Shown here piece after piece: positions 7,878-13,850 of a stretch of DNA of 32,000 nt; the first letter of the stretch is position 1, and the number at the start of each line of letters is the position of its first letter. This stretch comes from Halomicronema hongdechloris C2206 (GTDB lineage Bacteria; Cyanobacteriota; Cyanobacteriia; Phormidesmidales; Phormidesmidaceae), in NCBI RefSeq assembly GCF_002075285.3, contig NZ_CP021983.2:2910001-2942000 (forward strand), given 5' to 3'. A program made the translations under genes and the position numbers. The notes under the pieces were generated by a model. That model was not told the DNA's origin, searched no databases, and saw only the letters and a list, made by a program, of their open reading frames with translations.

Positions 7878-8094
7878 GGCGAAGGAAGGTTTCACGAGTG
7901 CAAACAAAGCCTCTACGATGACGGAGAAAGGTTTCATGACTGCGAAGGCCCCTTTCACGGTCGCGCAGGAAGTTTCCAGAGACACAAACAAAGCCGCCAC
8001 GATCGCAAAGAAAGCTTTCAGGGCCGCCGATAAAGCTTCCAGAATTGCCAATAGAGTATTTGCGATCTGCTTGAATTGCATGACAACAGAGTAG
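7855..8094 (+). CDS. Possible small heptad-repeat protein (79 aa); strand ambiguous, since a GTG-started 85-aa ORF covers 7842..8099 on the minus strand
   Basis: Both strands are open across the 21-nt repeats. The plus peptide is amphipathic (AAKEGFTS ANKASTM TEKGFMT AKAPFTV...). The minus peptide is very hydrophobic (LAILEAL SAALKAF FAIVAAL...). There is no clear RBS on either strand. Confidence 0.25.
   Translation: MMEYWFTAAKEGFTSANKASTMTEKGFMTAKAPFTVAQEVSRDTNKAATIAKKAFRAADKASRIANRVFAICLNCMTTE
7879..8067 (+). repeat. Nine tandem 21-nt (7-codon) degenerate repeats, with alternating sub-types (42-nt super-period)
   Basis: gcgaaggaaggtttcacgagt / gcaaacaaagcctctacgatg / acggagaaaggtttcatgact / gcgaaggcccctttcacggtc / gcgcaggaagtttccagagac / acaaacaaagccgccacgatc / gcaaagaaagctttcagggcc / gccgataaagcttccagaatt / gccaatagagtatttgcgatc. 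Confidence 0.8.
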
Positions 8095-8135
8095 GCCACT
8101 GTCTTGTCTAAAGCGTTACCCCATGGCGCATCTGA

Positions 8136-9446
8136 TTAACAGTCCAGGGTTGTCTGCAGTTCCCAGGCGGTAATCTGGCGGGTGTATTCGCGCCAGGCCT
8201 GGTGCTGTAGCTTCAGGTAGGCGGCGGTGAAGTCTGGGCCCATGCGCTCGGGCAGTACGGTGTTCTGTTCCAGATGGCCCAGCGCCTCCAACAAGCTTTT
8301 GGGTAGGGGTTTGACGGTGCCGGGTGGTAGCGGCTCGGTGTACATGTTGTTATCGTGGCGGGGACCGGGATTCCGTTTTTCGGCCATGCCGTCCAGGCCG
8401 GCGGCAATGAGCGCTGCCGGCAGCAGATAGGGATTGGCCGCACCGTCGGCGAGCCGCAGTTCAAAGCGTCCTGGATCGGGGATGCGGATGGTGTGGGTGC
8501 GGTTGTTGCCGCTGTAGCTGAGGGTATTGGGCGACCAGGTGGCGCCGGAGGTGGTCACCGCTGCATTGATGCGGCGGTAGGAATTGACCGTCGGGTTGGA
8601 GAAGGCGCACAGCGCTTCGCCCCCGTGCAACACGCCGCCGATGAACTGATAGGCCAGGGGAGATAAGCCCAGGTCGCCCTCGGCATCGAGAAACAGATTG
8701 ACAGAGCGGTCTGCATTCCACACCGACAGATGCATGTGACAGCCATTGCCCGTGAGGTGAGGGAAGGGCTTGGGCATGAAGGTGGCGCGCAGGCCATGCC
8801 TTTCGGCAATGCTCTTGACCATGTATTTGAAGAAGGCCTGGCGATCGCTGGTCACGAGCGCATGGTCGAAGGTCCAGTTCATCTCGAACTGACCATTGGC
8901 GTCTTCATGGTCATTTTGATACGGTCCCCAACCCAGGAAGGACATGCCGTCGCAGATTTCGCGAATCACGTCATAGCGGCGCATCAGGGCCTGCTGGTCG
9001 TAGCAGGGTTTGGCCTGGCGATCGCGCCCATCGGAGATATCACTACCGTCGGCATTCAACAGAAAGTACTCACACTCCACGCCGGTGCAGACTTGATAGC
9101 CCTGCTCTTTCGCCTGGGCCAGCACCCGTTTCAGGACCAAGCGAGGGGTCTGGGGGATGGGTTGCCCATCCACGTCGTACAGGTCGGCAGGCATCCAGGC
9201 CGCTTCCGGCTGCCAGGGCAGTTGGAACAAGCTGTTGGGGTCGGGAATCGCCAGCACGTCGGGATCGGCGGGCGTCATGTCCAGCCAGGCCGCGAAGCCG
9301 GCAAAGCCGGCCCCATTGGCGGCCATCATGTCGATGCTTTGGGTCGGCACCAACTTGGAGCGCTGCACCCCAAACAGGTCGGTGAAGGAAATGAGGAAAT
9401 AGCGGATGCCTTTGTCGCGGGCAATGTCGGAGAGCGCCTGAGTCAT
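8136..9446 (-). CDS. Glutamine synthetase family protein, ~435-aa GlnT-like (gamma-glutamyl ligase) type
   Basis: The N-terminal beta-grasp is IRYFLISFTDLFGVQRSKLVP. The catalytic-domain motifs are GVECEYFL, NDHEDANGQFEMNW, KPF....GNGCHMHLSVW, NSYRRI and NRT..IRIP. Confidence 0.9.
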   Translation of the reverse strand: MTQALSDIARDKGIRYFLISFTDLFGVQRSKLVPTQSIDMMAANGAGFAGFAAWLDMTPADPDVLAIPDPNSLFQLPWQPEAAWMPADLYDVDGQPIPQTPRLVLKRVLAQAKEQGYQVCTGVECEYFLLNADGSDISDGRDRQAKPCYDQQALMRRYDVIREICDGMSFLGWGPYQNDHEDANGQFEMNWTFDHALVTSDRQAFFKYMVKSIAERHGLRATFMPKPFPHLTGNGCHMHLSVWNADRSVNLFLDAEGDLGLSPLAYQFIGGVLHGGEALCAFSNPTVNSYRRINAAVTTSGATWSPNTLSYSGNNRTHTIRIPDPGRFELRLADGAANPYLLPAALIAAGLDGMAEKRNPGPRHDNNMYTEPLPPGTVKPLPKSLLEALGHLEQNTVLPERMGPDFTAAYLKLQHQAWREYTRQITAWELQTTLDC

Positions 9447-9525
9447 GGTGGATGTGAATAGAAGAGCCGCAGCAGGAGTCCATCCCTAAGCAGCACAATC
9501 TTCCAGTGAGGGCGGCGGCACCGTC

Positions 9526-9539
9526 GTAGCAGACATTAC
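9526..9539. promoter_or_regulatory. NtcA-type box GTA-N8-TAC upstream of the GS-family gene
   Basis: GTAGCAGACATTAC is a perfect GTAN8TAC, ~80 nt upstream of the 9446 start codon. On the minus strand a weak -10-like AAGATT lies ~23 nt downstream. The 6-nt specificity means roughly 8 chance hits are expected per 32 kb. Confidence 0.35.
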
Positions 9540-9640
9540 CAATCTGTCATCGCATCCCTGATTCAGCGGTTGCCATCGGATGTCGAGGCCATCGCCCGAT
9601 AGGCTCCTTTATGGACATAACGTGCACCATTGAGCGCATC

Positions 9641-9856
9641 CTAAATCCAACCGTTGAATGGCATGTCAAGGCGAGTGCGAGGCATGTCAGAGGGATGACA
9701 TAGCTTGTCAGGGCGATTGCCTTGCGATCGCATCTGAAATTCTTCTAGGGGATAGCGCTGCTTGGCAGTGAAGTACTCCTTCACCACCAGGGAAGGGGAG
9801 TAGCAGATATCTCGCGAACCATCGGGCCATTCAATTTGGAAGCGGATTTCAGGCAT
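9641..9856 (-). CDS. MSMEG_0570-family (Nit1C-cluster, nitrogen-starvation associated) small protein; C-terminal third looks aberrant
   Basis: The N-terminus MPEIRFQIEWPDGSRDICYSPSLVVKEYF matches my memory of that family's conserved start (MPE..F.irWPDG....CYSPS.Vv..yf). The tail ...GNRPDKLCHPSDMPRTRLDMPFNGWI does not look like the family. Confidence 0.5.
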   Translation of the reverse strand: MPEIRFQIEWPDGSRDICYSPSLVVKEYFTAKQRYPLEEFQMRSQGNRPDKLCHPSDMPRTRLDMPFNGWI

Positions 9857-9938
9857 CAGCGGGGGCGCAGGTAGATGGATGGGAAAAATTTTAAAATTTG
9901 AACTATGAACTGTGACCTATGAACTGCCAATTTCCCAT

Positions 9939-10223
9939 TCATGTAGACTCCATCAGCAGCTCGTGGTAGTGCTGGACATGCTGCCGGGCAGAGCAGCACC
10001 AACTGTAGTCTACCAGGGCCGCCTGACTACGACTGATGACGCCGATACGATCGCCGTTAACTTTCTGGAGCATGGCTTTGGCGATGGTAGATGGATCGCT
10101 AGGATCGACCCAGAAGGCCTGGTCCCGGTCGAGGAATTCGGTGAAGAGAGCCTAGTCGGAGACGATGACGGGGCGTCCAGATGCGATCGCTTCTAATACC
10201 ACCATACCCCAGCCCTCGGTTAG
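9939..10223 (-). pseudogene. Group-1 glycosyltransferase C-terminal fragment with in-frame TAG
   Basis: My translation is LTEGWGMVVLEAIASGRPVIVSD*ALFTEFLDRDQAFWVDPSDPSTIAKAMLQKVNGDRIGVISRSQAALVDYSWCCSARQHVQHYHELLMEST*. This has the GT1 'EG.G.v.lEA.a.G.PVi.sd' motif. The stop is at 10152-10154 and the N-terminal ~250 aa are absent. Confidence 0.65.
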
Positions 10224-10229
10224 GGTACG

Positions 10230-10396
10230 CTGCCGGGAAACCGGGGTGTTAGAGGAAGGTGCCAGATCGCCCGTTGACGCTTGACGCTTTAGCCATAAGT
10301 CAATCGTGTTACGGCTGATTTGGAAGGCAGTACTGGCCTCACTCTTCGTCATCCCATTGAGTTCAATGGCGTCAATGACCTTCTGGCGTAAGTCTA
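10230..10396 (-). mobile_element. IS630-family transposase N-terminal HTH fragment
   Basis: YSLDLRQKVIDAIELNGMTKSEASTAFQISRNTIDLWLKRQASTGDLAP has the typical IS630/Tc1-type N-terminus (YSLDLRqkV......G.s...a...f.vs..tv..W.kr....G.l.p). No DDE domain follows. Confidence 0.6.
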
Positions 10397-10561
10397 GGCT
10401 GTAGGGCTTCGGCTCTCTTTGGGGTGGCGCTTGTCATGGAACAGAATGTACCGACGGATCCACTGCACATAGGTTTGCTCGGTGCGGTAGGAGTAGTGCT
10501 TCAGACGAATGGTGTCGCGAACTTGATCAAGCAGCTTCTTAGGACGAGATTCCGGGTGCAT
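10394..10561 (-). pseudogene. Integron-integrase-type tyrosine recombinase, N-terminal SAM-like fragment only
   Basis: MHPESRPKKLLDQVRDTIRLKHYSYRTEQTYVQWIRRYILFHDKRHPKE compares with IntI1 [38 protein letters not shown]. It breaks off after ~50 aa into the IS630 stub. Confidence 0.6.
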
Positions 10562-10643
10562 AGGGCCGAATACCAATAGAGATGGTAAACAAACCTTAAA
10601 CACTCAAGGCGGCAAAGCGGAGGGTTGATTATACTGAATCTTT

Positions 10644-10760
10644 CAGCCTAATCACCCATATAGGGCGGTTAGGCTGACGTATTTCCACCCATACACCCAA
10701 ATAGGGCATATGGGCTGATGTATTTCCACCTAATCACCCATATAGGGGAGTTATGCAGAA
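10644..10760 (+). repeat. Three hairpin-type ~41-bp repeats (possible attI-region recombinase-binding repeats)
   Basis: The units are cagCCTAATCACCCATATAGGGCGGTTAGGctg, then acgtatttccac-CCCATACACCCAAATAGGGCATATGGG-ctg, then atgtatttccac-CTAATCACCCATATAGGGGAGTTATGC. The first unit closes on GTTAGGC (10668-10674). Confidence 0.6.
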
Positions 10761-11021
10761 TAGTTCTCTCTAATAACGAGTTAGCCTGCTGAGATATTGG
10801 TTGGACGTAGAAAAAGCTGATCCCCGGATTGCAATATCCCAAAAACACGTGCCCTTGGTTGGGTTGCCATGCTTGGTCAGTATTGGTTCTTGATTAAGAC
10901 GTGTTTTGAACGTTGTCAATAGGGTATGCCCAAGGTTAGATTTGTTCTAGCTCGTAGAATAAAGGGTGTTATCTACTGCATTTGGGCTGATAGGTAGTGC
11001 TATATAACTTTATAGAGAAAC

Positions 11022-11528
11022 ATGGAAATCATTCCGAAATTTGAAATTGGCACCTTTAAAGGCAAGGTCGCTGGATATAACGAATACAGATTTATCTGTC
11101 GATTATTTATTCCTCCCAATCGAGATGAGGCAACAGTAGTATGGCTTCGTGAAAAAGAAGCTTTAGTACTCAGCACCAGTTTCGAGAAGCCATACTCCAA
11201 GATTATTTTTGCCACAAATAACGACAAGATTATAAGAAGCATTCATCATAAGTATGGAATATCTAAGGTAGATTTAAAGCTTTTGTACACAGAGATTGAT
11301 GCTTTCGATGAAAAGTCGGAAGACGATTTCGAAGAGTTTTATTCTTCAACGGAATATCAAGCTTATGATGATGAATACTATCAAGATACCCAGAGGGAAA
11401 TCCTTGATTATATGACGGATTACTCTAATGCCATGGTTGCATCTTCTGAAAATGGCTGGTTTTATGATGAGACGATCCATTCAAAAAATGAAGCCTTAAA
11501 GTTGGCATTAGAAGAAGATCTTTACTGA
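11022..11528 (+). CDS. Hypothetical protein, 168 aa, acidic Tyr/Asp/Glu-rich C-terminal half
   Basis: This is a clean ORF in a 37-38% GC block (23/60 and 22/60 G+C in two sampled lines). The C-terminal part is DAFDEKSEDDFEEFYSSTEYQAYDDEYYQDTQREILDYMTDY. I recognise no domain. Confidence 0.65.
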   Translation: MEIIPKFEIGTFKGKVAGYNEYRFICRLFIPPNRDEATVVWLREKEALVLSTSFEKPYSKIIFATNNDKIIRSIHHKYGISKVDLKLLYTEIDAFDEKSEDDFEEFYSSTEYQAYDDEYYQDTQREILDYMTDYSNAMVASSENGWFYDETIHSKNEALKLALEEDLY

Positions 11529-11596
11529 TTTAAAGTTCCTAAAGACGACATCAGACAAGTAAATAATCTTGCATATAAACGAGGAAAAATAAATTT

Positions 11597-11890
11597 ATGA
11601 GCGATAAATTATATAATGTCAATAAACTTTCTGCTGAGGAAATTCCTTTTCATAATTACTTTGAGTTGTTGGCATCTGAGTTTGGCCATAAGTATGAGAT
11701 TTGGGTGCGAAATGAGGACTTTGGCCGATTTGTAGCAGTTGGTGTTGTGAACCGAAGCTCAGGAATAGCTGCGACTATTTACTTAAAGCGTGGCGGTGTT
11801 GTGATATCTAATCCATTAAACCAAGAAACAATTGTGAAGATAAGAAGTCATTTGAATTCAGGCGCTAAGGAAGACTTGTGCATTAATTAA
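11597..11890 (+). CDS. Hypothetical protein, 97 aa
   Basis: ATG is preceded by GAGGA 14 nt upstream. It lies on the same strand, 68 nt after the previous stop. I recognise no domain. Confidence 0.6.
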   Translation: MSDKLYNVNKLSAEEIPFHNYFELLASEFGHKYEIWVRNEDFGRFVAVGVVNRSSGIAATIYLKRGGVVISNPLNQETIVKIRSHLNSGAKEDLCIN

Positions 11891-11992
11891 ACACTATATC
11901 TATTGCAGGTATAATTTAAAGGATTTGCAAGGAAATTTTAGCCAGAAATATTAGTGATATTAGAGCTAATTTACATAAAGGATTATTTAGAG

Positions 11993-12511
11993 ATGAGTGA
12001 TATTCCAGTTCAGCTACTTCAGCATCTTGGCAAGCATGGTGTGCGCATGAGGCAATTCCTAAGCGATGATTTCAGCAATATAGATGATTCTCAACGTCGA
12101 GAAATGGCTACAGAAGCTCGCCAAATTACGGCTTGGGCAGCGGCGGCTATCGCACCTATGCCTATACCATTCGCCGATATCTGGACGATTACACCAGTGC
12201 AGATGCTTATGGTTCGGGCTATCGGTAATATTTATGGATACAAAATTGATAGTAAAACAGTTAAAGAGATGCTTGCGGTTATTGGCGGCGGAATGCTTGG
12301 TCAACAAATATGTCTTGCGCTGTTCAAAATTGGCTTACCCGGTGCTGGGGGTTTTGGAGGTGCTGCATTCGTATTTTTCTGGACACATGGTATTGGCAAA
12401 GCAGCAGAACTTTACTTTCAGAGCGGCATGACTGCGACTGCAGAGGAACTTGCGGCAGCACGCAAGGAGGGAATGGAACAAGCAAAAAATGAAACACCGC
12501 GCACTGAGTAA
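11993..12511 (+). CDS. DUF697-like membrane-associated protein (172 aa from ATG 11993)
   Basis: AAAAIAPMPIPFADIWTITPVQMLMVRAIGNIYGYKID...LALFKIGLPGAGGFGGAAFVFFWTHGIGKAAELYF is the DUF697 pattern (PiP.aD...ltpiQ..Mv..Ia.iYG; glycine-rich hydrophobic hairpin; T.aiG). AAGGA lies 13 nt upstream of the ATG. Confidence 0.65.
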   Translation: MSDIPVQLLQHLGKHGVRMRQFLSDDFSNIDDSQRREMATEARQITAWAAAAIAPMPIPFADIWTITPVQMLMVRAIGNIYGYKIDSKTVKEMLAVIGGGMLGQQICLALFKIGLPGAGGFGGAAFVFFWTHGIGKAAELYFQSGMTATAEELAAARKEGMEQAKNETPRTE

Positions 12512-12535
12512 CCAATGGCATAAGGTCGCGGCGCA

Positions 12536-12618
12536 AGCTAACACGTCGTTGGAGCCGAACGGCGAGAGGTTATCAGTCTATATTATGATGCTATCTGCGT
12601 CGGCTCAACTATGACGTT
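12536..12618 (+). other. attC-like recombination site, 3' end (AGGT, 13695-13698) separated by the IS insertion
   Basis: AGCTAAC (R''-like) ... imperfect inverted arms with bulged bases ... GTT|AGGT (R' GTTRRRY once the IS and one TSD copy are removed). The reconstructed length is 87 nt. It begins 25 nt after the DUF697-like stop codon. Confidence 0.55.
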
Positions 12619-12630
12619 GGCACTGTCCTG

Positions 12631-13296
12631 TTAAAGAGTGAGAGACTCAAATCCCCTGGCTAATAGGATTTCAGAGAGCTTCAAGGGGCGCTGAATAAAT
12701 CCCATGGCCATGGCTGGTGTTCTGGCTTTGCCCAAACTCCCATGAGGCCGCACCCAATTGTGAATCAAACGCTGTACATCCAAAGCTCGCTGTAATCCCT
12801 CCACCTGCTTGGCATAGTGATTCTGTCGCCTGCGATAGGCCGTTGCCCGTCGCCTCAAAGCACTGTTGAAGGCTTCGAGGTGATTGGCATGAACCTCGCT
12901 GAGGGCACTGAGGGCCGTCCAAGGATGCTCAACGTTGAGCCACTCTACCCTAGGTTTACCTTGAGAGCCTTTGATCTTGATGGCCACCTCTAGACCCTCC
13001 CGCCACACCTTGCGATAGGGATAGGCGTCGCTGCTGAGGTGGCTCGGCAGATAAACGCTGGCCAGTTTCCACAATGCCTTGCCGTAGCGCCGCTCTCCAT
13101 CGGTAAACCAGCGAATCCATGCACTGGGCTCTGCCCACTGCCAAGCCCGCTGAACTCCCTGTTCAAATAACTCAGCCGCCTTGAGGCCCGCGCTGGCTTC
13201 TAGCCAGTAGCGACTCTTGCGTTCAATGAAGCTAATGGTCCAGCCCTCAGAGGCTGCGGGGGGGAAGGTTTTCACCGACACGGGTGTAGAGTTCAT
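12631..13296 (-). CDS. insB: IS1-family InsB (DDE) ORF, presumably expressed as an InsAB' fusion by -1 frameshift
   Basis: GWTISFIERKSRYWLEA...WFTDGERRYGKAL...HANHLEAFNSALRRR is present. It overlaps insA by 50 nt in the -1 frame. The overlap contains GAAAACCTTCCCCCCC (A4 and C7 runs, ~13257-13275). Confidence 0.8.
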   Translation of the reverse strand: MNSTPVSVKTFPPAASEGWTISFIERKSRYWLEASAGLKAAELFEQGVQRAWQWAEPSAWIRWFTDGERRYGKALWKLASVYLPSHLSSDAYPYRKVWREGLEVAIKIKGSQGKPRVEWLNVEHPWTALSALSEVHANHLEAFNSALRRRATAYRRRQNHYAKQVEGLQRALDVQRLIHNWVRPHGSLGKARTPAMAMGFIQRPLKLSEILLARGFESLTL

Positions 13297-13627
13297 CGCC
13301 TTCTATGGTGACATCTCCGCCTGCCCCGGCAGGCGGGGACCAGGCGGGCAGATGAGAGGATGAACGCTCTTCCCAGGTCGTAATACTGCTAGGTGATGTC
13401 CCCACGACTCTGGCGGCGGCTCTGACGCCCAGCCCTTCGTGTCGAGCATTGAGGGCCATCTCGACGGTGGCTACTGGGGCGCGTAGACGGGCCATGGGGG
13501 TGCCGCTGCGTTCATTGAAGCGACGACCGCAGGTGTTACAGAGATATTGCTGGAGCACTTGACCCGTTTTGAGGGTTTTGGTGCCATTCTTGACGATGGC
13601 TTCACTCTGACAATGGATACAAGGCAT
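13247..13627 (-). CDS. insA: IS1-family InsA (zinc-finger/HTH) ORF
   Basis: MPCIHCQSEAIVKNGTKTLKTGQVLQQYLCNTCGRRFNERSGTP is a CxxC...CxxC zinc finger, followed by an HTH. Confidence 0.8.
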   Translation of the reverse strand: MPCIHCQSEAIVKNGTKTLKTGQVLQQYLCNTCGRRFNERSGTPMARLRAPVATVEMALNARHEGLGVRAAARVVGTSPSSITTWEERSSSHLPAWSPPAGAGGDVTIEGDELYTRVGENLPPRSL

Positions 13628-13850
13628 TGGACCGAAAGGCTTGCTGTATCTAAAGTCTAGCTCTCACTCCATAATCTGACAGTGCCATGACGTTAGGTTG
13701 TTTACCCTTTGGTTGTGGGGCATTCGTCCGCTTATCTGTTGGTGTTTAAGAGGCATTCGGAGAAAGGCTAGATAGTCAAGGTGTAATACCAAGTCTCTAA
13801 AGCAAAGTTATAAATAGAGGAGTTGAAACATGTTTACACCTCTGGGTGGG

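Larger units (their letters stand above)
12619..13686 (-). mobile_element. Intact IS1-family insertion sequence (1068 bp) with 8-bp target-site duplication
   Basis: The terminal inverted repeats are GGCACTGTCCTGTTAAAGAGTGAGAG (12619-) and CTCTCACTCCATAATCTGACAGTGCC (-13686). The flanking direct repeats ATGACGTT lie at 12611-12618 and 13687-13694. It has the two-ORF insA/insB organisation. Confidence 0.85.

Noticed and set aside
8213-9498. Numerous 60-243-aa ORFs on both strands overlapping the GS-family gene
   Set aside because: These are typical high-GC shadow ORFs (Arg/Pro/Gly/Ala-rich, no motifs). The 436-aa minus frame has all the GS motifs.
11529-11992. Looked for attC sites in the two gaps between the low-GC ORFs
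   Set aside because: There are no RYYYAAC...GTTRRRY-bounded imperfect palindromes. The gaps are AT-rich with RBS-like GAGGA/AAGGA, so the three ORFs are treated as one cassette or operon.
13800-13850. Palindrome agaggagttgaaacatgtttacacctct as a terminator for the MetX-like gene
   Set aside because: The stem is interrupted, and the downstream tract on the minus strand (ATTTATAACTTT) is only weakly T-rich. It is plausible but not convincing.
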